From the human T2T-CHM13v2.0 reference genome, Homo sapiens: DNA of 64,000 nt. The stretch is taken from the NCBI RefSeq assembly GCF_009914755.1, contig NC_060944.1; one strand, given 5' to 3'. The stretch's first letter is position 1. The number at the start of each line of letters is the position of its first letter. Positions 52,313 through 64,000 of the stretch are shown piece by piece. The position numbers and the translations under genes are program-made. The notes beneath the pieces are model-generated. The model made no database searches and had not been told where the DNA came from. It was given only the letters and a program-made list of their open reading frames with translations.

Positions 52313-52319
52313 AAACAAG

Positions 52320-53995
52320 TGAAGGATTGGAGAATAGGTCACCCTACAATATGCCTCTTTGGCATAAGAATTATTTTGTGCTGAAGGCAGTTGAGAAGAA
52401 ACAGATACAGAAAAGCTCTCTACCTTCCTCCTATTTGCCTAAAGGCAGGACACAAATTTACAAAGGTGTTCCTCCTCTACTCTTTACCAGGAAGGGAAAA
52501 CATTGATCACAGAAGACAAATTTAGACTCTCATCAGCCCAAACAGATGGAAGCTGTATAATAAGCTTTACTAAGTAGACTTTATCCACTATTAGTTCCCC
52601 AGTTGTTGCCTTCCTACAATTGGCCACTCCTAGAAGCTCAAGGCCCTTTTCCTGTGTCTTGTCATTTTCTAAGAATTTTTTGTTCTTTGTTGAAGATGCT
52701 ATGTAAGCTAGAGTTCTAAGCCACTTCTATAAGAGTTACTCACTCCCTGGGTATCTCCGACATATACATGAAATACACATATTAATAAATAGGTTAGGAT
52801 CAGAATCCTGAAAGACACAATTCTGACTGCCATAACCTCAAATATTGACATTCCTGAAGATCAAAATCCCTAAAGTCTAACATCCCTAGCATCTAAGATC
52901 CCCAAAATCACAATCACGGAATAGTTTTATCATGTTAAGTAGAACTACTAACTTGTTATTGCCTTTATTTGGAAATTAAGTATGGCTAAAAAGATGTGTA
53001 TGAGTGCCAATTTGACAAGAGGTGGACTTAATTTTAGATGTCAGCTTAACTGGATTTAGGAATACTTGAAACTTGGTAAGGCATAAACTTGTCTGTGTGT
53101 CTGTAAGAGTGTTTCCAAAGAAGATTCATGTGTGAATCTGAGTGGACTAGGTGGGGAAGACCTGCCCTCAACATTGGTGGACAACATCCAATTTGCTAGA
53201 GTCCCAGAGAGAACAAATACCAAGTAAATTCATTCTCTCTGAGAGCTGGGACAGACTTTTATTCTGCTGTCTTGGACATCAGAGCTCCAGGCTTGCCAAC
53301 CTTTCAATTCCAGGACTTACACCAGGGGTCCCAGGGGCCTGAGGCTTTCAGCTTTGAACTGAGAGTAACACCATTGGTTTTCCTGGTTTTCAATGTGAAA
53401 ACATTAAAACTTCCTCAATAAATAAAGAAATGTTCTTATCATACACCTGCATTTTTGAAAGATAAAATTTCTCCAGGTCTCAGCTCTTTGGGTGACTGCA
53501 TATGCATTGATGACCCTTTGAGGTTTTTGATCAATCTTGTCAAAAGTCTTCATCTGTCCATCACAGCATTTCAGATAATCGCAGGCATAAAGCTGAGTGC
53601 ACAAAATTGCCAACCATACTGATAGGCATTTATACATTTTGTTTTTTCACTTATTTCTTTATGAACATGGTTCATTTGCTAGACACTCATGTGCCTGTCA
53701 TTTGTATACCCAAGTTTACGTTTGAAACAATATGTGTTATATTGCCGTTTCTGTCGTGTAAATTATGTATGACATGTTCTGATGTGTTTTATATGTTTCC
53801 CAAATAAACTGCCTTTTTAAAATGTAAATAAATGTCTTTTAACAAATTTTTAAATTATTTTTTCCAGAGTTATAATTTCAGAAATTTGATCACGTGGGAT
53901 TTCAACATTCAGGATTATGACATTCAGAATTGCACCTCTTGGGATTAAATAAGCTCCTTTAATAAACTTCTATTTGTTTTTCTATTTCTAATATG
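52320..53995 (+). mobile_element. ERV1 LTR (LTR37/LTR54/MER92 group), interrupted by Ricksha
   Basis: TGAAGGATTGGAGAATAGGTCACCCTACAATATGCCTCTTTGGCATAAGAATTATTTTGTGCTGAAGGCAG; resumes TTAATAAACTTCTATTTGTTTTTCT at 53959. Confidence 0.75.
52791..53958 (+). mobile_element. Ricksha (MULE-MuDR non-autonomous DNA transposon) carrying an ERVL 3' end plus an MLT2B-like segment
   Basis: ~75-bp imperfect TIRs; 9-bp TSD TTAATAAA(T/C) at 52782-52790 and 53959-53967; internal GCCAATTTGACAAGAGGTGGACT then MLT2-like sequence ~53026-53390. Confidence 0.88.
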
Positions 53996-56900
53996 AAAGA
54001 AACAGTAAAATTGGTGACAGTAAGAGATTTCAAAGTTAAAGTTTTTAAACAGGTTAAATATGATACAATTTCAGATACAAATGAAAGTAACTTTTTTGAC
54101 ACAAAATAGTACATATAATTCTAGACTAAAATTTTGATAATCAGTATAAATAATGATTTATATAAAATTATGTTATTCAAATACAATCAAGGAGATATAA
54201 AAATATGAATACAACACAGAAGGAATTACAAAAGTTGCCAGAGATAGAAGGAGATTTGTACAAGAATATTCATTACTGCTGTGTGTGTAGTGCTAAATTA
54301 TTGGTCCTCTAGAGGAGACTGGAGAAATATATTTTGGTTCATTTATACAGTACCAACATGAATAGACAACAGATATATCTATATGATGAATATGTGTCAT
54401 AAAATGTATTTCATTAAAAATAGCGTAAGATATACATGTCATTTGTATAAAATGTTATAATATATAAAACAACTGTACACACATATCTGTACATATTTGT
54501 TATTGTATAAAAATTCATACAAATTATAATGCCCAATTTCCTTATTAGTGGATACCATTGCGAAATAGTGGATACTATTGCAAAAGTGTTGGAATGTTAT
54601 TGAATAGTGGACACTATTGCAAAAGTGTTGGAATTTAATTTGGATAATCATAGGGACTTCAACAGATTTTCTTTAAAAGAACCTGAAGGAAAAGGATAAA
54701 ATGTTAACATTTTATGAAGTAGATTAATAGACATTTTATTGTTATTTTCTATTAAGTTTTGTATATTTAAAATATTTTAAAATAAATAATATCTATCCAA
54801 TGAGAATCAATACTAAATTATCAAAAGTTTTAGCAAAGTGAGTTAGCACAACATACACAGATATAAGCACAACATACACACAAGGAAATAGCTTTTATAA
54901 TGTACAGAAAAATCAATTAGAAAAATAACAAAAATCACAATAAACACTTGAGATACTATAATTGCTCAAACAGAAATATATAACTAATGTGAAAAAGTAC
55001 ACATTTTTATAAAAAACTATTATTTCAACATGGGAAAATATATATTATAAAATTTCCAATTTTTCTTCAAATAAATTTATAAACAAACACAACTTTAAAG
55101 CATTTTTTGCTTTTTATGAAATACATAATCTTTTCCAAAGTAAATAAAAGCCATCAAAACTAATATTTTCAAAAATATGCCTGTAATATAATGGATAAAC
55201 TCATTCTAAATTTGATCTTGAATAAAAATATAAAATAACGAAGACAATTTTGATCAACGTACACACTTTGCAACTTGGGTTATATGCATTTTGTAAAACA
55301 ATAATTAAAAGAATGCTGATGGTTACATATGTACACAAATAGAATGTTGAGACAAAGCTAATATCCAAAAAAAAAGGCCTTTGTACTTATTGGAAGATTG
55401 CTTTTATCCATGGGAAAATTAAATATCTCTTTTTGATACTATACTTAAACGTAAATTCCAAAGGTAATAACTGTAGGAGTGAAATCTTTTGAGTAAATGA
55501 TGGAAGATATATGATATAGAACAAAACTGCAAGGATTCAACTTGGATTTGACAGGGCATTTTTCCATTGTAAGTAGAGGGAAGAATAAAATTCAAGAAGA
55601 ATTTTGGATTTGGTGGCAGAAAAAAATGAAGAATCAATGGGATCCATTTCCTTAATCTCATATTCTGTCTGGCCTCGAAGTTACGAAACAATTAGACAAA
55701 CTTCACAACATTTGTCTTCTTCAGTCATATGCCTGCACTGCTAGGAATAAAGATTAGAAGCCAAGAATATTATTGATCCACAAGTTCATTTGCATACTCT
55801 GCAAGAACTAATAATTGACTGCCTGTAACTCACAAGGTAATTCCTGAATTGTACCACCTTTCATTTTAAGACAAATTTTTTGTTTATTTGTCTTCATTTT
55901 TTGTTGTTGCTGTTTCCTCAAGAGTGAGGTCTTTTTTTTAGTTCATGGACTTTGGCCCTGTAACAGGTTGGTTACATATTATAACTGGCCTGAACATTTC
56001 TTCAACTACGATTATTCTGATTTTTTTTAAGGCTCAAATAAGTTCAGTTAAGCTTTTTTGTTTAATTCTATGTCTTGGCATGTATTGGTTTTAGCGAGGC
56101 ACAGAAGTCAAGCTATCCAAGTATGTGAAAAGAACCATTCTCTTATTATTTATGGCTGATGGTGATTGGGCAGAATGAGAAACCTTGCAGGAGAGCACAA
56201 TCTTTTGTCTTTTGCAGACCAGAGAGGTTTGATACTGTTCAGAGGAAAACTTAAACCTTGTGCTGTTTTTCTATCTTCATGGGTTAACCTTCTAGATCCA
56301 CTCATCTCAATAATTGCATGCATTCTACCAAATTTCCCTATGGGATTTTTATGAAATAAGTTGTTCTTGCTAGCATTTCTGAAATAAATACTCTCTTTGG
56401 GAATAAATATTTAGACAAAATCAAGGATGAATGTTCCATGAAAGAGCTTTAAGTGAAGTTATAAATATTTGAGAAAGAGACCACCAGCTTTTGAAACTGA
56501 TAACAAATTGATTTACTAACATGATTATATCAATCACTGAAATCTAGCCATTTGCAAGCATAATACTAGATTGTGTATGTTCCAATTCAGGGGTTAATAC
56601 ATCTGTTTCTACTTTATGGAGATTGCCTTAAAGTGGTTTTGGCATATAATAAGTTACTTAACCCAAAAGCTGAGTGATGGGTTTTGATTTAGTAAGTTCG
56701 TTCCTTACTTTTCAATTAGTGTTCTATAATTTTCTAAGAACCAAGAGACCCAAAGGAGCAAAAATTTCCATGATCAAGAACAGAGAGTTTGAAAAAAAAA
56801 AAATCATTTGTTAAGACATTTTGAGGACAAAATTCTAGAGGTGCCAAATCCAACCAGTTAATTGTTGAGCTATCCAAGTCTTTAAATCTATCTATGATTT

Positions 56901-57300
56901 AAAAACTTACTCCTCAGTTACCAACAAAATAATTCAGCTCAAAAGTTTGTGTAATAAGTTAATGTTTTCTTTTTAATCAGTTTTAATTGAACTGAATTTG
57001 GTAAAATAATTCAGAAATTTTTGCATAATTGCTTTATAAACTCTTATTATTAAGATACATTTAGTTCTTAGTTTCTTGAAAATAATTTAATTTGAACTTT
57101 ATCTTTAAATCTTTTTTCTCTGCTTTTTAACATCCTACCTATTTTTAAAGGCAGAGTTCATAATCTCTGTTTTTCACTGCATCCTCTGATTCCTGCCATC
57201 CACAATAATTTATTTTGCCTTTGAATTCTTATAATGCTTCATATTTTACTCTGCAAAAAACTATTCAAATATGATTATTCTATGTTTAGAAAATAACTTC

Positions 57301-59679
57301 TTCTAAGGTTAGAATATGTCCTTCCCAAAATTAATGTGTCGGAGACTTTGTTCCTAGTGTAAGAGTGTTGGGAACTGGGACCTTTAGGAAGTTATTTGGT
57401 GATGGGACCTACATGTTTATAAATGGATTAGTTCTGTTATTGTGGGAGTGGGCTAATTATTCTGGAGTGGCTCTTTTTATAAAAATGAGCTCTCTTTCAC
57501 ACATATTCTCTTGCCCTGCTTCTCTTTCACCGTGTTATAACACAGCAAGAAAACCCTCACCAGATGCAGCCCCTTGATTTTGGACTTCCCTCCCTCCAGA
57601 GTTGTTATCCAAATAAATTTCTATTGGTTATAATTTACTCAGTCTGTGGTATTTTGCTACAGCATTAGAAAGTTTACTAAAACAGAAAATTAGTGCTGAG
57701 AAGTGGGATTGTTGCCATAATAAATACCTGAAAATGAGAAAGCAGCTTTAGTCCTGGGTAATGGGTAGAGGCTGGAAGAATTTGGGGAAGCAGGCTAGAA
57801 AAAGCCTAGATTGCCATAAACAAAGCATTGAGGACAATTCTGGTGAAAGTTCTGAGGAAGAGCAGACTAGGGAAAGTCTGGAACTTTTTAGAGATTACTG
57901 AAGTGGTTGTGATCAGAATGCTGGTTGAAATATGATTAGAGGCCATTCCAATGAGGTCTCAGATGGAACTGGAGAACAAGGTATTAGAAATTGGAGTAAG
58001 GATGATACTTGTTATAAAGTAACAAATAAAATGTGCCCATGCCTGAGAGCTTAATGGAAGGCAGAATTTAAGACTGACAAACTAGGATATCTGGCAAAAG
58101 AAGTGTCTAAGCAGCAATGTACTCAGATTGCTGCATGGTTACTTTTAATTATTTATAGTAAGATACAAGAGAAAACAGAGTAGAATAATTTGGAAAATTT
58201 GCAGCCTGGCCATGTAGAGTGAAAAAAACTATTTGAGTGTGGCCAAGGAACCATATTCTAAAGACATTATTATGGACAGAAAGGAGCCAGAGGGTATTCA
58301 TCAAGACAATGGGAGAAAAGACTCCAAAGGCATTTCAAAAATCTTTAAAGCTGCCCCTCTCATCACAGGCCAAGAGTTCTAGGAGGGCAGAATTGTTTTT
58401 GTGGATGGGCTTTAGCAGCCCTCTGCACACTACCTGCCCAGAGCTGCCTTGAAACTCTGCTCCCTATATTCCAATGCAGTGCTCCTCAGACTACCCAGCC
58501 ATAGTTCAAGCAAGCTCCCTTACCTTTCTGGCCACCGCTTCAGAAGGTACAAGTGATAAGCCTCGGTGGTGTCCACATGGTATTGAGTCTGCAGGCATGC
58601 AGAATGCAAGAGCCATGGGAGCATGGCTTCATCCACCTAGAAGTGAAAAGATGCTGTGGACCAGGAAGCCCAAGAACAAACTTGCCCCGGGGTTTCGGGG
58701 CTCTGCCACTGAAAATCCCAATGAAAGCAATGGCTAGCGGAGCCCTGGGAGCGGGGCCACTCCCAGGATTCCCAAATTGTAGGGCCACAAGCATGCAAGT
58801 CCAACCTGGAAAAGCTACAGGCAAAAGACTCCAACCTGAGATGGCTGTTTGGGTTAACCCCAGCAAAGCTGTAGGAGAGAGGCTGCCTAAGGCTTTGGGG
58901 ACCCAAAAGCTTCAGTGTGCACAGAATGTGGGACACTGAGTCACAGAAAATTATTCTCCAGCTTTGAGACTTAATGTTATTTACTCTGTTGAGTTTGAGC
59001 TCACTTGGAATCAGTTACCTATGTCTCCTTTTTAAAATGAGAATTTCCATCCTGTGCCGGTCCCACCATTGTACTGTGGAAGCAGATAACTGTTTCAATT
59101 TCACAGGCTCACTGCTGAAGAGAATTCACTTCAGAATGAAATGTTTAGTCTCACTAACATCTGACTTAGCTGAGACTCTGGACTTTGGACTTTTGAGTTG
59201 ATGCTAGAATGAGTCAAGACTTTTGGAGCTATTGGGATAGAATAAATGTATTTTGCATTGTAAGAACATAAATTTTAGGACTCAGGGGCTTTATGCTATG
59301 GTTTGGATATGACCTCCAAAAGTTCATGTTTTGGAAACTTGGTGGTCCGAGTGTTTGGAGGTGGGGCCTATGAGAGGTGATTATATCAACTAAGAGAGGT
59401 GATTTTATCTACCTTCATGAATGGATTAATGCCATTATTGTGGGAATGGGTTTGTTAGCACAGGAGTCTCTGTTATAAAAGTGAGCTCTTTCATATATGC
59501 AGTCTCTTGCCCTTCTACCCTTCCACCATGTTATGAAACAACAAGAAAGCCTTTACCACATGCAGCACCTTGATCTTGGATTACCTAGCCTTCAGAACCA
59601 TGAGTCAAATAAACTTCTGTTGTTTATAATTTACTCATCTGTGGTATTATATTATAGAAACAGAAAACATTCCGAAACA
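57301..59679 (+). mobile_element. MaLR provirus, LTR-int-LTR (MSTC/MSTD-like): LTRs 57301-57684 and 59294-59679, internal 57685-59293
   Basis: Two homologous LTRs; internal starts GAAAATTAGTGCTGAGAAGTGGG...ATACCTGAAAATG...GGGTAATGGGTAGAGGCTGGAAGAATTTG. Confidence 0.88.
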
Positions 59680-60119
59680 ATTCTCTTCCAGAGGGATAAT
59701 TCAGGAATAATTCTCTTTTTTTTAACACACAAAAAAAACACTCTCAGCAAAATCAATGAAAAACATGTATTTCTTCATTAATTCAGGGCTAAATTTCAAA
59801 ATTAGACTTTAGATTTTGAATTCAAAATAGGAAATGATCTTTTCCATTATCAAGTAGATATGAGATAATGCCAAAAGACATCTCAATAATATCATGTCAA
59901 TTCCTATATACAAAACCATTAGATAAATTTCACATGCTTCCCTATGATTAAGTTATCATCTGGCTTCTAGTAATTAGTCCCCAACTAAAAACAGCTTTGG
60001 TTCCAAATGTTCATATACAAATTTATTATTTGATGATAAAACTCTTTTTTTATCCTCTGAAGAACTAATAGAAGACGTAGTCAGATTTTCAGACCAGCCT
60101 TTAAAACTCTTCATTAGAT

Positions 60120-61063
60120 TGTGCGTTTGTTGCATTTGCTTGCTCAGCATTTATCTCTTACTTCTGAGGACAATGACACCCTGTGGGGCAACATATCTCC
60201 CTTCCTCAGACCACTTTCAGATGTGGGAATCATTTGGTTACCTCTGGCCATAGTGATTGGTTCTTAAAGGGACACACGATTCATTTTGATTAATTAGAGA
60301 AAATGCCAGGACTTTTTTTGGAAATTGCTATAGTTTGGATACTTGTCCCCAAACCTCACATTGAAATTTGATTTCCAATGTTGGAGTTGAGATCTAATGG
60401 GAGGTGTTGCATTATGGGAGTGGCCCCATCATGCATAGATTGATGCCGTCTCCATGGGAGGCAGTAAGTGAGTTCTCACTCTATTAGTTTCTGGGAGAGT
60501 TGGTTGTTACAAAGAACCTGGCACCTCTCCCTCTCTCTTGCTTCCTCTATCACGATATGATCTCTGTCCACGCCAGATCCACTTCACCTTCTGCTATAAG
60601 TAAAAGCAGCCTGAATCCCTCACCAGAAGCAGATGCTGGTGCCATAATTACTGTAAAGGCTGTAGAAGCATAAGCCAAATAAACCTCTTTTTCTTTGTAA
60701 ATTACCCAGCCTCAAGTATTCCTTTATAGCCACACAAATGGACTGAGACAGAAACATTAGGAAATAAACACTCCCTTTCCTCTGAGGTTGCCAAATTGAC
60801 AGGATGTGAGTTCATTTTTATCTTGCCAAGAAACTGAGAGGGTATGCATGGAAATGAAACCAACACAGAAGAAAGAAAACTGAGAAAAGGAGATTGAGAG
60901 ATACTGTGTCCTGAAAGTACATAGTATCCTGGATCTATTATAGCAGTAGCTGAAATCCATGTGCAGATTTTGCTGTTATATGAGCTAATATTGTAGCTTT
61001 TCTCCTTTAAGGCATATGGGGTTTGATTTCTATCACTCGTGATAGAAATTGTCCTAAGTCATA
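60120..61063 (+). mobile_element. Old MaLR LTR (MLT1K-like) split by MSTB
   Basis: CCTCTGGCCATAGTGATTGGTTC...ATGAAACCAACACAGAAGAAAG...TTTCTATCACTCGTGATAGAAATTGTCCTAAGTCATA. Confidence 0.6.
60326..60750 (+). mobile_element. MSTB1-like solo LTR
   Basis: TGCTATAGTTTGGATA...AATGGACTGAGACA; 5-bp TSD GAAA(T/C). Confidence 0.9.
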
Positions 61064-61724
61064 GAGGTCATATAAACATGAAATACTGAAACATTTTATT
61101 TAAAGGTGTTATCCATACCATTGCTACAATGAAATGTAACCAAAAATATATAAAAATATCAAACTTAAAGCTCTGGGTTGAAATAGAAAATAGATATTTA
61201 GTCTTCACTTATTCAGACAAAGGTAGAAATGGACAGAATTTAAATACTTAAGACATTTAGTTAAATGGGGGCTAAAGCAAAATACTCCTATGTTCTGAAG
61301 TAACTCTTTGGAATCTATGAGCTCAAACTTACAAATCTGGTGAATTAGGTTTTCTTAAGCATTCTGTTATTGTTTACAAACAATTAGATTATACAATGCC
61401 TTTTACATTTAAAATAGTAATTCTCATATCAATTATTTATTTTAAGTTGAAATCATGAAGTTAACTTGCCGGGTACTCTAATATGTCAGGTTCTCTTAAA
61501 ATTGTGAATCCTTTTATGAAAACACACAGGTCATTCCTAAATATAGCAGGAAACTTCTTAATAGTAAGGGTCTGATTTATTTTATCATCTCATTATTTAA
61601 CTGTAAGTCTTCCAGTTGATTGTAAAATGATGGATTCTAAATAGTTAAGAAGCAATATCAGCCACTGTCTCATAGTTCCAATGTAACAATCTCAGAGGTA
61701 GTAAAACAACTCTGTAGTTCTCCC

Positions 61725-61846
61725 CCAGGTGGAAGTTAATAAATTTATGTCCTTTTCTGCCTTTTGCCTTCTGATCTGCCTTTTGTCAGATGATTTTTCA
61801 GCACGCCTCCAGAGGGCAAAGGAAAAGATTTCCCTCAGCTCCTATA
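61725..61846 (+). mobile_element. ERV1 MER4-group LTR 3' fragment
   Basis: TTAATAAATTT...ATCTGCCTTTTGTCAGATGATTTTTCAGC...CAGAGGGCAAAGG. Confidence 0.6.
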
Positions 61847-61924
61847 CTGCCGTGAACAAGGCCCCCTTTAACTATGTGCTTTTGCTGGGATTATATTTTC
61901 TTCCCTCATCACTTGGACATTTTA

Positions 61925-62110
61925 TTAATCAATGTATTTATGTATTAGTTCATTCATTTATTTATTTTTGAGTCCAGGTATTGCTCTGTTGCCCAGGCTG
62001 GAGTGCAGTGGCATGATCGTAGCTTACTTGATCTCTTGGGCTTATGAGATCCTCCCACCTCAGCCTCCTGAGTAGCTGGGACTACAGGAATAAGCCACTG
62101 CATGTGAACC
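61925..62110 (-). mobile_element. Alu monomer (FAM/FRAM-like)
   Basis: Single Alu arm with (TTTA/TTCA) tail; perfect 14-bp TSD ACTTGGACATTTTA at 61911-61924 and 62112-62125. Confidence 0.88.
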
Positions 62111-62324
62111 AACTTGGACATTTTAAATTATCCTTTCTAATTCAATGTTTTATCTCCCTGGTTGTGCTATTTACCTTTATTACTTTATCACATGCAACTA
62201 CCACTTCATTGCCTAATTTGATTTTGCATTATGTTTCCCCTTGTCTTTTCTGGATCTTGCTATAATTCTTTTGTCATTTTTTGAAACAAGGCTTCTTTTA
62301 AAAAAGAGACTTGCATGTTGTAAC

Positions 62325-62480
62325 ACTTAGGGATTGCATTTGGATGCATACAACAAACATCCAACTATCATGGTTAAGTCAGGGGTTTTTTTTTACAGAG
62401 TATAGGGCTGACAGCAGTTCTATTATGCCTTCAATACTGCAATTTCTTTCCTCATTCTTTTAATCCTCAATTGTCCTATG
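62325..62480 (-). mobile_element. MLT1J-like LTR fragment
   Basis: TTAGGGATTGCATTTGGATGCATACAACAAACATCCAACTATCATGGTTAAG. Confidence 0.45.
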
Positions 62481-63169
62481 GTAGAAGGGAGTGTTTGGCC
62501 TTAGGTAGACAGAGGAAAAGACTCTTCCAGCTTCTATTGATCTCTAAGGGCATTTAATTCATGACACTTATTATACCATGGAGCCATATTTTGGAGTGAA
62601 GCCTCCTACCCTCCTTCATTAGTTTGTCCTTTACAATAGTAGATCAGAAGTACTTTGAGGAGAAAAACAGAAAATGATAATTAAATCAGAAGAGGTCACT
62701 TTTTAATAATGAAAAGATTTTGGTTTTAGAGATGTCAGTTATGAAGGGGGAGATTTTTAGGAGATTGGAAAGAGATTATTAGGACTTAGGAAAACGAATT
62801 GTTCCTGAGAGTAAATCTCAATTCTTTTCTTCTTCTTCTTCTTTTTTTTTTTTTTTTTTAGTTATGGTAATACCCAGATGTAGGTTCCAAAGGTAACCAA
62901 CTGAGGAAAAAGAAAAGAAAAGAAAAGAAAAAGCAAGTGAAAATAACTACCAAAAGATGGGAGAAGGGGACGGTAAGGTGCAATGTGAGATTACAATCTT
63001 TTATAGGAGAAAGACTACAGCTAAGATTTATAGTAGAGAGGCCAAGTAAAGATAATACAGTAGAAGTTTCTTGAGTGAGCTTCTTACTGGATTCACATCT
63101 CCTTACTGGGTTAACATATCTGTCATTTTCCAATGTTAGCTGAATCCCTCCAGTTGAGCTGTTTTCTCA

Positions 63170-63560
63170 AACCTGATTATAGCAGTTGCACTCTGTACTG
63201 CAATTATGTAATTAAATTAAATCTTATCTATTCTGATAAATGAATAAAGGGAGAGAGATTTTTCCACAAAAAAAGTGATTCTAAATGCTTTGGAAAAACT
63301 TGATAAATTTGGTTCATTAAAATGATATTAATGAAGTAAAGATAGATGAAACAACTGGAAAATTAGGGAAAATGATTGAAGTATGGAAAGATTTGGTTGT
63401 TATATTATTTTGCAGGTATCTAAATTCTGTATCCACTTTTAAGAAAGAAAATCTGTATATTATAGAAGTTGTATTCTGGTATGATCGATGGAGAAAAAGC
63501 AAAGCAGAATTCGATTCTGCAAACGCATATTCCAAGTACAGACAAAGACTGTAGTAATGT
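63170..63560 (+). mobile_element. Old Tigger (Tigger15a-like) transposase N-terminal remnant
   Basis: AAATGCTTTGGAAAAACTTGATAAA...GAAACAACTG...TCCACTTTTAAGAAAG CENP-B-HTH-type DNA. Confidence 0.6.
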
Positions 63561-64000
63561 ATATATGTCACCCTGGTAACTTATGAGAAATTCACACCTT
63601 AAGGGCGCTAAGAGGCTTGCTTTTAACAGACTCTGTAGAAAATCTATTTTAAATTGATATTTTTGACATGAACAATAACGTGATAATATGCTTATTGTAC
63701 AGATGTGGATTTTGAATAGTAGATTTTCTTAGAGCAAAGGCCAGTGTACGTTACTTCCTGTGTAGCATACATCTCATCAATAGATCCTCCTTGTCTCCTA
63801 AAGGAGAACGTTCAAATCCCCTTGACAGGCACGGGATGGGGGATTTTATGTACTTGACACTCTTTGCATCACTTCATCTCCCACCCTTTTCCCACAGCAC
63901 ACTGTACTCCAGTGAATCCAAACTGGTCACTTTTCAGGGAAAAATTTCCTGTTGCTTGCCTTGCTTTTGTTATATGTGCAGTTCATTTTTTTCTAAAACA

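Noticed and set aside
54546-54640. CRISPR-like reading of palindromic repeats (also 18328-18471)
   Set aside because: Primate genomic context, only 2-3 copies, no regular unique spacers and no cas genes.
54845-54880. AGCACAACATACACA duplication
   Set aside because: Simple 21-bp-period micro-duplication.
61026-61049. Resemblance to a tet operator (vector contamination)
   Set aside because: Spacing and flanks differ from tetO, and it is embedded in continuous MLT1 sequence.

Overview
Human/primate-type genomic DNA: AT-rich and CpG-poor, with no CpG island. It is dominated by interspersed repeats: Alu J/S/Y and monomers, L1PA/PB/MB/MC/ME, L2, MIR, MaLR/ERVL/ERV1/ERVK LTRs, and Tigger, hAT and Ricksha DNA transposons. 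None of the supplied ORFs looks like a complete real gene; the recognisable ones are L1 ORF2, Tigger1 or Alu read-through. The only credible host-gene signal is a candidate short terminal coding exon on the minus strand at 393-365 (strong acceptor, ...RSALRRVF*), which would make the rest of the window largely one long intron; I could not identify the gene. The most notable structures are: (i) a rearranged ERVL locus with an inverted gag fragment between an AT-rich VNTR and a ~175-bp palindrome (36371-37708); (ii) an ancient L1MC with a twin-priming-like 5' inversion (29476-36368); (iii) a Ricksha MULE carrying captured ERVL/MLT2 sequence, inserted into an LTR poly(A) signal (52791-53958); (iv) a poly(A)-only insertion with TSD (14804-14847); (v) an age-inverted tandem Alu pair sharing one TSD; (vi) an Alu-tail (GATGT/GACGT)n repeat. 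I found no convincing wholly new biological system. Repeat subfamily names come from recalled consensus features, not a database run.
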